Both the position numbers and the translations under genes were made by a program. From contig NC_086097.1 of the NCBI RefSeq assembly GCF_963921235.1, forward strand, positions 73,348,001-73,412,000: DNA of 64,000 bases, written 5' to 3'. Positions 50,695 to 62,159 of this stretch are shown piece by piece (the first letter of the stretch is position 1; every line of letters begins with the position of its first letter). The notes below the pieces were generated by a model that was not told where the DNA came from, did not search any database, and saw only the letters and a program-made list of their open reading frames with translations. This stretch comes from Mobula hypostoma (Eukaryota).

Positions 50695-50840
50695 TCCTTT
50701 CCAGTCTTGATGAATGGTCTCTCCCCAAAACATTGACTGTTTATTCATTTCTGTTGATGCTGTCCAACTTGCTGAGTCCCTCCAGCATTTTGTGTGTGTT
50801 ACTCTGGATTTCTAGCATCTGCAGAATCTCTTGAGTTATC
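50695..50840 (+). mobile_element. Degenerate solo Penelope pLTR unit
   Basis: cagtcttgatgaatggtctctccccaaaacattgactg...tagcatctgcagaatctc. Confidence 0.72.
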
Positions 50841-50944
50841 GATGCTTGTTTACTTGCCTTTCCACTGAATTTGAGGATTTTGAAGAAAACTGTTGATGGC
50901 ACTTTTCCAGTGTCTTGTGAAGTCTTACTGCAAGGATACTGTTG

Positions 50945-53900
50945 AGGGGGGGATGACTTACCTGGGACTAGCTGCAGTAGCCGGATCTCTGGCACTGAGT
51001 CTGGCTCTGCAGTGCAGAAGGGAGGGGGGGAGAAAGAGGAGAGCGGTAGTGATAGGGGACTCGATAGTTAGAGGTGCAGATAGAAGGTTCTGTGGTCGTG
51101 ACAGAGAATCCAAGATGGTTTGTTGCCTCCCAGGTGCCAGGGTCAAGGATGTCTCTGATCGATTGCATGACATTCTGAAGTGGGAGGGTGATCAGCCGGA
51201 TGTCGTGGTGCACAACGGTAACAATGACATAGCAAGGAAGAGTGAAGAGGTCCTGGACAGTGAGTATAGAGAGCTTGGTAGGAAGTTGAAAAGCAGGACC
51301 TCAAGGGTGGTAATCTCAGGATTGCTACCTGTGCTAGGTGCCAGTGAGGGTAGGAATAGGATGCTCTGGAGGAGGAACAAGTGGCTGAGGAACTGGTGTA
51401 GGGGGCAGGGTTTCAGATTTCAGGATCATTGGGACGTCTTCTGGGGCAGGTGGGACCTGTACAAGAGAGACGGGTTACACTTGAACCACAGGGGGACCAA
51501 TATCCTTTCAGGGAGGTTTGTTAGTGCTATTGGGGAGGCTTTAAACTAGATTTGCAGGGGGATGGGAACCAGAGTGCCAGAGCTGACAGTGTGGCTGGGG
51601 TGAAAATAAATGATGTTGAAGGTTTAAGCAAATCCGCTGATAGAAAGTTTGTGAGTGATGGTAAAAATCTTCTGAGGTGTATATATTTCAATGCTAGGAG
51701 TATTGCGGGGAAGGCGGATGAGTTGAGGGCGTGGATTGACATGTGGAATTATGATGTTGTAGCAATTAGTGAAACTTGGCTACAGGAGGGGCAGGACTGG
51801 CAGCTTAATATTCCAGGGTTCCGATGTTTCAGATGTGATCGAGGCAGAGGAATGAAAGGTGGGGGAGTAGCATTGCTTGTTAGGGAAAATATTACAGTAG
51901 TGCTCAGGCGGGACAGATTAGAGGGCTTGTCTACTGAGTCCTTATGGGTGGAGCTGAGAAACAGGAAAGGTATGGCCACATTAGTGGGATTGTATTACAG
52001 ACCACCCAATAGTCAACGAGACTTGGAAGAACAAATCTGCAGAGAGATAGCAGGCAACTGCAGGAAACATAAAGTTGTGGTGGTAGGGATTTTAATTTTC
52101 CATACATTGATTGGGACTCCCATACTGTTAGGAGTCTAGATGGTTTAGAGTTTGTAAAATGTGTTCAGGAAAGTTTTCTAAATCAATATATAGAGGGACC
52201 AACTAGAGGGGATGCAATATTGGATCTCCTGTTAGGTAACGAATTAGGGCAAGTGACGGAAGTCTGTGTAGGGGAGCACTTTGGTTCCAGTGATCATAAC
52301 ACCATTAGTTTCAGTTTGATCATGGACAAGGATAGATCTGGTCCTAGGGTTGAGGTTCTGAACTGGAAGAAGGCCAAATTTGAAGATATGAGAAAGGATC
52401 TAAAAAGCATGGATTGGGACAGGTTGTTCTCTGGCAAAGATGTGATTGATAGGTGGGAAGCCTTCAAAGGGGAAATTTTGAGAGTGCAGAGTTTGTATGT
52501 TCCTGTCAGGATTAAAGGCAAGGTGAATAGGAATAAGGAACCTTGGTTCTCAAGGGATATTGCAACTCTGATAAAGAAGAGGGAGTTGTATGAAATGTAT
52601 AGGAAACGGGGTAAATCAGGTGCTTGAGGAGTATAAGAAGTGCAAGAAAATACTTAAGAAAGAAATCAGGAGGGCTAAAAGAAGACATGAGGTTGCCTTG
52701 GCAGTCAAAGTGAAGGATAATCCAAAGAGCTTTTACAAGTATATTAAGAGCAATAGGATTGTAAGGGATAAAATTGGTCCTCTTGAAGATCAGAGTGGTC
52801 GGCTTTGTGCGGAACCAAAGGAAATGGGGGAGATCTTAAATAGGTTTTTTGTGTCTGTATTTACTAAGGAAGCTGGCATGAAATCTATGGAATTGAGGGA
52901 ATCAAGTAGTGAGACCATGGAAACTGTACAGATTAAAAAGGAGGAGGTGCTTGCTGTCTTGAGGAAAATTAAAGCGGATAAATCCTTGGGACCTGACAGA
53001 GTGTTCCCTCGGACCATGAAGGAGACTAGTGTTGAAATTGCAGGGGCCCTGGCAGAAATATTTAAAATGTCGCTGTCTACGGGTGAAGTGCCGGAGGATT
53101 GGAGAGTGGCTCATGTTGTTCCGTTGTTTAAAAAAGGATCGAAAAGTAATCCGGGAAATTATAGGCCGGTGAGTTTAACGTCAGTAGTAGGTAAGTTATT
53201 GGAGGGAGTACTAAGAGACAGAATCTACAAGCATTTGGATAGACAGGGGCTTATTAGGGAGAGTCAACATGGCTTTGTGCGTGGTAGGTCATGTTTGACC
53301 AATCTGTTGGAGTTTTTCGAGGAGGTTACCAGGAAAGTGGATGAAGGGAAGGCAGTGGATATTGTCTACGTGGACTTCAGTAAGGCCTTTGACAAGGTCC
53401 CGCATGGGAGGTTAGTTAGGAAAATTCAGTCGCTAGGTATATATGGAGAGGTGGTAAATTGGATTAGACATTGGCTCGATGGAAGAAGCCAGAGAGTGGT
53501 GGTAGAGAATTGCTTCTCTGAGTGGAGGCCTGTGACCAGTGGTGTGCCACAGGGATCAATGCTGGGTCCATTGTTATTTGTCATCTATATCAATGATCTG
53601 TATGATAATGTGGTAAATTGGATCAGCAAGTTTGCTGATGATACAAAGATTGGAGGTGTAGTAGACAGTGAGGAAGGTTTTCAGAGCCTGCAGAGGGACT
53701 TGGACCAGCTGGAAAAATGGTCTGAAAAATGGCAGATGGAGTTTAATACTGACAAGTGTGAGGTATTGCACATTGGAAGGACAAACCAACGTAGAACATA
53801 CAGGGTTAATGGTAAGGCACTGAGGAGTGCAGTGGAACAGAGGGATCTGGGAATACAGATACAAAATTCCCTAAAAGTGTCGTCACAGGTAGATAGGGTC

Positions 53901-54540
53901 GTAAAGAGAGCTTTTGGTACATTGGCCTTTATTAATCAAAGTATTGAGTGTAAGAGCTGGAATGTTATGATGAGGTTGTATAAGGCATTGGTGAAGCCGA
54001 ATCTGGAGTATTGTGTTCAGTTTTGGTCACCAAATTACAGGTAGGATATAAATAAGGTTGAAAGAGTGCAGAGAAGGTTTACAAGGATGTTGCCGGGACT
54101 TGAGAAACTCAGTTACAGAGAAAGGTTGAATAGGTTAGGACTTTATTCCCTGGAGCGTAGAAAAATGAGGGGAGATTTGATAGAGGTATATAAAATTATG
54201 ATGGGTATAGATAGAGTGAATGCAAGCAGGCTTTTTCCACTGAGGCAAGGGGAGAAAAAAACCAGAGGACATGGGTTAAGGGTGAGGGGGGAAAAGTTTA
54301 AAGGGAACATTAGGGGGGGCTTCTTCACACAGAGAGTGGTGGGAGTATGGAATGAGCTGCCAGACGAGGTGGTAAATGCGGGTTCTTTTGTAACATTTAA
54401 GAATAAATTGGACAGATACATGGATGGGAGGTGTATGGAGGGATATGGTCCATGTGCAGGTCAGTGGGACTAGGCAGAAAATGGTTCGGCACAGCCAAGA
54501 AGGTCCAAAAGGCCTGTTTCTGTGCTGTAGTTTCTATGGT
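50945..54540 (+). mobile_element. Young CR1 (HER1-like) LINE: 3' part of ORF1 (SGNH esterase-like) and full-length ORF2 (APE and RT) with frameshifts (~52090, ~52605) and a stop (54042-54044)
   Basis: ORF1 VVIGDSIVRG...CLPGARVKDV...DGLHLN; ORF2 CIYFNARSI, ISETWL, SDH, DFSKAFD, KFADD; near-identical to 2974-5583. Confidence 0.97.
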
Positions 54541-56444
54541 TTAAGGGGTCTGGGTCCCAGGAGGGCAGCGTTTGTTGCTGCTCAGGAGACAATAAGCTTT
54601 GTGCCAGGCTGAAATCTTGATCTTCAAATGCCTTGTTCAGTACTTGATCCAAGGCTGTGCTGGGGTATTGAGGACTCTGGTCAGATATGTTGTGAATATT
54701 TGCCTTCTCTAAGATGCCTGTGATCACTCAAAGTGGGGGAACATTTAGAACATTGAGGTCATGTGGTGGGAGAGCACAAAAGCTCTGGGAAAACAGTGGA
54801 AGAAGTGAAACCACCTCACAAACTACCCACTGCCTGTTTTACTCGCCTGCATCTGGTTCATTTGTGAAAGAGTCTGTAGTTTTAATGGCTTCATGAGCTC
54901 CCTGGAATCCACAGAGCCATCATGGAATTAAATCACCCTTGATCCCAAGAGAAGGAGAATAGTAATTATGCATCTGGTGTTGACCCAGTAACCAGATCGC
55001 TAGTACCATGGTAAATGTGCAATATAAAGACCTGATACTTCATTACTGTGGAGCAAATGGCACCTTTGACTTTTATCTTAGATTTCTCTCAGCAAACTCA
55101 ATTGAATCCACCTGGGGGCCGCAGCACCAAGTGTGTCTGCGGTCTCAGGTCTAGAACATATCACATTATCTTGTCTACTCTCATCTCCAGCAAATGTATC
55201 TCATTGGCTTTGTAGCAGGCTTGTTTGTGTGGGTTACTAAACTAGACATCCTGAATTAAGCTTGCATTCACAGAAATATAGTTGAAATTTGTAATGTCAT
55301 GACATATTGATAGGATGTGTCAATACTTTTTTGAGATGTAACTGATGGAACTTAGAATGGTGTGAATTTGTATTACATTGATGTTCCTACCACCACACAG
55401 CCAAAACCCTTAAAATAGAATCCCCAGACTATTTCTTTGTGGAATAGGCACTTAATATGCATACTCTTTCAAAGTGATTCCTGCTCCAAAATGCAGTTTT
55501 TCTTTAGCATAATTTCAGCAAGAGTGGTTATGAATTCAGTACATTATTTTGGGCAAGTGACTGGAGTTTTGAAATAGTGAACAGTTTAAGATAGTAAGTA
55601 TTTTGTTGTGTAATTAAAATTCCATCTTAATTAGGTTTCTCTCAAATCAAAATATCACTTCAACTCCTATAACATTTCAGAAGATTATAAAGAATAATCC
55701 CTTCAGTTTATCATTACTTTGGGTAATTGGAATGATTGTAACCCAAAGCCAATTTTTTATGTTAGCTCAGAAGATGGTGACCATTATTCCAAAAATTACA
55801 GTGGAGGCTTTGCATGTTTAAGTTGCTAAAAAGTGAAGGCATTTCAATGCCCTACATAATAAAAGCCAGCACAGAGGTTGAGTCAGGAGTAAAGTGTACA
55901 AATATTTGCAAGAAAGCCTTAGAGTGCTGGGGAATGGAACTCTGGCTGGGATTTTTCTAAGGAGCCAGCAGAGATGCAGTGGGATGAATTGCTTCATTCT
56001 ATGCTGCTGTTATTATGTGTGCACTAGTCCATTTCTGAAATGTACGTACAACATAATGTATTCCAATCAGGTTCTCAGTAATCCGCAGTAAGGTTGAGAA
56101 GAAATCGATCATAGGTTTACTAAATTTACCTCTCATTGTAAATGGAATAAGTTGATTATCATAGCAATTAATATTATTTACTTGTCATGTTACAATTAAT
56201 GTTTTCTTTGCACATTATTTTAATACACTTTTTAATTGTATTGCTCCATATCTTCACAGTTCATGCACACATGAAGCCTTTTACGTGTAGTGGACTCTCT
56301 GCTGGGAATACTGTTGGATCTGCACAGTGTCATCTTTGTTGAATTATTCAGTGATGTGGAGAAATAGCTGAAGTGATACCTTACCAGGTCACATTTGCAG
56401 CATGTCACTCATTGAAAAGCCTATCTTACAAATGCTGGACATGT

Positions 56445-57056
56445 GATTAGATTAGATTAGATTATGAGGACACTCAGTCCTCGTTTATTGTCATTTAGAA
56501 ATGCATGCATTAAGAAATGATACAATGTTCCTCCAGTATGATATCACAGAAACACAGGACAGACCAAGACTAAAACTAACAAAAACCACATAATTATAAT
56601 ATATAGTTACAACAGTGCAAAGCAATACCGCAATTTGATGAGAGCAGACCATGGGCACGGTAAAAAAAAAAGTCTCAAAGTCCCAATAGCCCATCATCTC
56701 ACGCAGACGGTAGAAGGAAGAAACTCTCCCTGCCATGAACCTCCAGCACCGCAAACTTGCCGCTGCAGCACCCTGGAAGCACCCGACCACAGCCGACTCT
56801 GAGTCCGTCCGAAAACTTCGAGCCTCCGACACCAAGCACCATCTCTGCCGAGTGCTTCGACCCCGCCTCAGCCGCCAAGCAACAAGCAAAGCCGAGGACT
56901 CGGGGCCTTCCCCTCCAGAGATTCTGGATCGCACAGTAGCAGCAGTAGCGAAACAGGCATTTCAGAAGTTTCAGCAGATGTTCCTCCGTGCTTTTCACGT
57001 CTGCCTCCATCAAATCAGGATTGTGCACGGCACCCTGCTTGACAGATAACAGATAT
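56445..57056 (-). mobile_element. Second, 5'-truncated copy of the non-autonomous retroposon at 18714-19378, (TAATC)n tail
   Basis: Reverse complement shares atatctgttatctgtcaag...gatttgatggag and gcatgcatttctaaatgacaataaa.gaggactgagtgt. Confidence 0.85.
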
Positions 57057-57294
57057 ACTCAACTAAAATCTATCAATAATGGAAATATTCAGCAGGCTGG
57101 GCCATTCCCATAGAGAAAGAAACAGTCTCATTGTTTAATTGGCTCTTCGTTTCCTCACACTCACTTGAGGCAGGGTACCTGAAGATTGATTCATCTTCGC
57201 TGCAGAGATTCTAGTAAAGTTCTGGGGATAAGAAGATCATAGACCTAAAATATGAGAGTTTCTCTCTCTCCACAGCTGCTGCCTGACCTGCTGA

Positions 57295-58088
57295 GATAGA
57301 ATCAGAGAAAAGTACACCCATCTAGTCCATGCCAAAACCATTTAGACTGCCTTCTCCCATCAACCTGCACCAGAACCATATCCCTCCCTACCCCTACCAT
57401 CAATGTACCTATACAAACCTCACTTAAGCATTGAAATTGAGCTCAAATGTGCCATTTTTGCTGACAGCTCATTCCACCCTCTCAAGATCCTCTGAGTGAA
57501 GAAGTTTCCCCTCATGTTCCCCTCAAACTTTTTACCTTTCAACCCATGACCTCTGGTTGTCGTCCCACTTAACCTCAGTGGAAAAAGTCCTCTTGCATTT
57601 ACTCTATCTATACCCTACAAAATTTTGTATACTTCTATCAAATCTCCTCTTAGTCTTGCATGTTCCAAGGAATAAAGTCCTAATCTATTCAATCTTTCCT
57701 TATAACTCAGGTCCTCCAGACCCAGCAACATCCTTGTAAATTTTCTCTGTCCTCTTTCAAACTTATTTACATCTTTCCTGTAGATAGTTGACCAAAACTG
57801 TACACAATACTCCAAACTAGACCTCACCAGTGCCTTGTACAACTCCAACATTACATCCCATCTCCTGTACTCAGTACTTTGATTAATGAAGGTCAATGTG
57901 CCAAAAGCTTTCTTTACAACCCTATCTACCTGTGGTGCTACCTTCTATGAATTATCGACCTGTATTCCCAGATCCCTCTGCACTACCACACTCCTCAGTG
58001 CCCTACCATTCACTGTTTAAGACCTACCATGGTTGGTCCTAACGAAGTGTAACACCTTGCACTTTTCTGCATTAAATTCCACCTGCCC
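57295..58088 (-). mobile_element. CR1 LINE 3' fragment
   Basis: FINQSTEYRRWDVMLELYKALVRSSLEYCVQFWS...RGDLIEVYKI. Confidence 0.92.
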
Positions 58089-58574
58089 TGATGATTAGAA
58101 AGACTTGACAAGGCACTACAAGGATTGTCATGAGCTTACACACACAATATGCTGGAGGAATTCTGAAGCAGTGTCTATGGAGGGGAATAAAGAGTTGATG
58201 ATTTGGGCAGAGGCTTTTCATCAAGACCTGACCAGTTATGTCAAGTATCCATTTGAAAGAAACTTCCGATGCAACATTTCAAAAAAGTATCCAGCCAAAA
58301 GAGAAGTAATCAGGCAGTGCATGCAATGCACAATTTGTTTGATGGTCTATGTTGTAAAAATTCTTCAAGTTGGCAATCACCATAGAATTACTCCTGCATT
58401 CTTAAACATGTTTTTCCTTTGTGTCTTCAACCATTGTTGAGGGTGAGAGGAACTGCACGAGTTGTAATTATTTAGAGGAATGTCTGCGTGAGGTTGATCT
58501 CAAGCTCCAGATTCCCCAGTGTGAGATATATGAATGTTTTTAAATAATTAGGAATCTGGCTTCATAAGCATTTT

Positions 58575-59130
58575 AGAACATAGCACATAGAAAAGTACAG
58601 CACAGTACAGGCCTTTCGGCCCACAATGTTGTGCCAACCCTTAAACCCTGCCTCCCATATAACCCCCCCCATCTTAAGTTCCTCCATATACCTGTCTAGT
58701 AGTATCTTAAGTTTCACTAGTGTATCTACCTCCACCACTGACTCAGGTGGTGCATTTCATGCACCAACCACTCTCTGAGTAAAAAACCTTCCTCTAATAT
58801 CCCCCTTGAACTTCCCACCCCTTACCTTAAAGCCATATCCTCTTGTATTGAGCAGTGGTGCCCTGGGAAAGAGGCACTGGCTGTCCACTCTAGGTATTCC
58901 TCTTAATATCTTGTATACCTCTCTCATGTCTTCTCTCATCCTCCTCCTCTCCAAAGAGTAAAGCCCTAGCTCCCTTAATCTCTGATCATAATGCATGCTC
59001 TCTAAACCAGGCAGCATCCTAGAAAATCTCCTCTGTACCCTTTCCAATGCTTCCACATCCTTCCTATAGTGAGGCGACCAGAACTGAACACAGTACTCCA
59101 AGTGTGGCCTAACCAGAGTTTTCTAGAGCT
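58575..59130 (-). mobile_element. CR1 LINE 3' fragment
   Basis: EYCVQFWSPHYRKDVEALERVQRRFSRML...FFTQRVVGA. Confidence 0.92.
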
Positions 59131-59131
59131 G

Positions 59132-59210
59132 ACAACAGGAATTCTGCAGATGCTGGAAATTCAAGCAACACACAACAAAGTTGCTGGTGAACGCAGCAGG
59201 CCAGGCAGCA
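59132..59210 (-). mobile_element. Short 3'-terminal piece of the young Penelope pLTR (no hammerhead core)
   Basis: aacaggaattctgcagatgctggaaattcaagcaac...gttgctggtgaacgcagcaggccaggcagca is the reverse complement of 29157-29233. Confidence 0.8.
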
Positions 59211-60932
59211 CAGTTCATGACCTCTGAATGGTCTGAAGCACTCCACATCCAGTGAAGTCCCTTTAAGAAATGATGCCACTAATTTATAACGCATTCTCAG
59301 AATCAGCCAGAGGGTAATCTAGTTCAGTCCCATGGGTTCCTTTTCATTCATAGACACTGGGGAGAACGCTTCCAATAGCACCCCTTTTGTAATTGTACAA
59401 TCTAGAGAATGAACTGCAGTTACCCATCTAACTACTGAGAGCAGCTACCAACTCTGAACTTCCACCAGCAAGATGGACAAGCTTAGCAGGGCATGAAAAC
59501 AACAACAACTATTCCTCCAAGATGTACACTAACCTGACTTGAAAATATGTGCTGATCCTTTGTAGGGTTTATATCCTGGAACATGGCAACACAGAGCATA
59601 ATAGGTGCATCTGAACCAAAATCTGAATTCAAGAAGGCAGCTTGTCATTAGCTTATCAACACCAATTAGCGATGGGCAATTAATGCTGGTCTTTCTGCCG
59701 ATGGCCAGATCTGGAATAAAAAGAAACTTTGTTTAAAAAAAAAATAATCTGTGAATATAGCAGGGCTTTCAGTTCGACGTCTTTTTCATGGAATACCCTC
59801 CAACAGTGTAACCCTCTCTTGGTACTCTATTAGGCTATCAATGAAGTTTGGATATCAAGCCCCTGGAAAGGCTTACAAACTGTGTGCCTGTATCAAACGT
59901 GAAAGTTTAGCAACCAAGCAACAGCTGACACCTAATGTTAATTGTTATCTGAATGGGATTTTGTATTTTTCATATTTACATCTCAAATATTTTAAAGCAA
60001 TTGAATCTGGTATTTTAATAGGCACTGGAATAATGCTAATGAAGCCCTGGTACATTAAAATTTCCTGTGACAATCAGACAGCTGTTCTGATTGAACAAAA
60101 CTTCATTAATATTGCCTTAAATTATTTAATGGTATTTAATATCTAAATGTTATTACATCGTACAAATTTAAGTGGCTGTCTATTGAAGCTGAATGGTAGA
60201 TCCTACCACTTTATATTTTTAAACATGAATCTTTGGAATAATTTTTCACAGTCAATTTATTTTGAATAACTTGATGGTATCTCATAAATTGGATGGAAAA
60301 GGGGCCTCAGCACTTGCAACTTGGAAAGATACTGCATTGCCTGTGAAAAGGATAAGCCAGCAGAAAGCTTTTGTATTTGAATCTGTTTACCTCTATGTGA
60401 AATATGTATGGATTCGGATAACTTTTCCTTGCTTGTATTGCTTTGCAATTCGAATACAGACTAGCCTCACAGTCTTGCATCTCACTGAATACTTTTTTAA
60501 TATAAAATAAATCGGATCAGCAGAATAAATGAGAAGCATTCAAGATAGTTGCTGTCTCATGTCATCAGCTGACTTAATCCATAAAGGTGTTACAGTGTGG
60601 AAATTGGTATCTGTACACCTTGGATAAGGAGAAGAAAATGATAAATGTATTGATAGAATCTGTGTCTTGCTTAGTGACACAGCCTCCTAAGAAGAATGGT
60701 GCTGCCATGCCATTGGAGGTTTATAAATGAATAATCTATACCTACGTAATATATAGAAAAGACTTCTGGATCTCACCGAAATTCTAGAGAGGGGAAAAGC
60801 TCCCTTGAGAGAAGAGTGGACAAAATAGAGAAATGAATTGTTATAAGATAAAATTTGGTGTGAAATCTGGTCTATGGACAATGAGTTGGCTCAAACTTGT
60901 GTTCACTGCTTACATGCTATAATAGATTACAG

Positions 60933-62115
60933 CAGCGGTCCCCAACCACCGGGTCGCAAAGCATGTGCTACCAGGCCTTGAGGAAATGATATGATTTGGC
61001 GATATGAGTCAGCTGCACCCTTCCTCATTCCCTGTCACGCTCTGTTGAGCTTGAACACACACAAGGTCATTACCTGCGCGTCATCCATGTCAGCGCAGGA
61101 AGGAGATCAACTCCTCGAGCTTGCAAATGACGGTAGGCTGAAAAGTTTGTTTGACATAACATCTCTGCTGGCATTCCGGATCAAAGTCAAGGCTAAATAT
61201 CCTGAGATAGCCACTAAAGCACTGAAAACATTGCTCCCATTTCCAACATATCTCTGCAATGAATGCAACGAAAACTAAATTGCGGAATAGACTGGACATA
61301 AGGAACCTCCTTCAAGTATCGCTGTCTCCCATCACCCCTCGATGGGACCGTCTTGTTGCCGGGAAACAAGCCCAGGGCTCCCACTGATTCAGCGACATTG
61401 GTGTGTTGCAATGATTTTATATGTTATACGGGGAAAATACGTGCTGTGTGTTTAATATCCAAATGTTACTTAAAATGTTATGATGCTATTGACTTATATA
61501 ACTAAATAACAATTACAGCACAGAAACAGGCCATCTCTGCCCTTTTAGTCCGTGCCAAACGCTACTCTCACTTAGTCCCACCGACCTGCACTCAGCCCAT
61601 AACCCTCCATTCCTTTCCTGTCCATATACCTATCCAATTTTTCTTTAGATGTTAATATCGAACCTGCTTCTGCCACTTCTACTGGAAGTTTGTTCAACAC
61701 TTACTTCAAGCTCCCCTGATAATTGACTTATCACTATATTCATGCAAGGAAAATATGCGCTGTGTGTTTAATATTAAATTTGTTAGATAAACCCTTTTAG
61801 AAACGAAATTGAGTGTATTAGCCACTTATTCATCACCTATATTCCGGTCGTGATTAACACTCCCCCCCCCCCCCTGGGCAGAATCGCCAAAAGTGATTTG
61901 TGGGGGAAAAAAATCGGCACGGTCACACATGTGCACTGGTGCCCGCGCAAGGCTTCATAGTCATTGTAGTCTTTCTTGGGGTAAACACAATGTATTTGAC
62001 TGCTACTCTTGTCCGTTGGCAACCCTATCCCCCCGCCCCCCCCGGGTCGGCGGGTCCGCAAGAATATTGTCAATATTAAACTGGTCCGCAGTGCAAAAAA
62101 AGTTGGGGACCCCTG
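60933..62115 (+). mobile_element. Non-autonomous hAT (Charlie/Buster-type) element with transposase C-terminal remnant, 8-bp TSD
   Basis: TIR cagcggtccccaac / gttggggacccctg; TSD gattacag (60925-32) / ggttacag (62116-23); DQLLELANDG..YPEIATKALKTLLPFPTYLC..KTKLRNRLD..KQAQGSH*. Confidence 0.92.
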
Positions 62116-62159
62116 GGTTACAGAACTAAGTCGGCCAGCATTGCCAACAAGCGTGCATT

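Larger units (their letters stand above)
50275..54770 (-). mobile_element. Ancient RTE-clade LINE C-terminal remnant, split by CR1 (~50945-54540), a pLTR unit and a CR1 tail
   Basis: KANI...VLNKAFEDQD (54720-54610), RLHKTLEKCHQQF (50930-50890), QYSELSYGKKLTGRQK (50425-50370) resemble RTE ORF C-terminal motifs. Confidence 0.55.

Noticed and set aside
54470..54727. Protein-like ORF (…DQVLNKAFEDQDFSLAQ…) as a host exon disrupted by CR1
   Set aside because: Better explained as a frameshifted RTE-clade LINE remnant that continues at 50940-50275.
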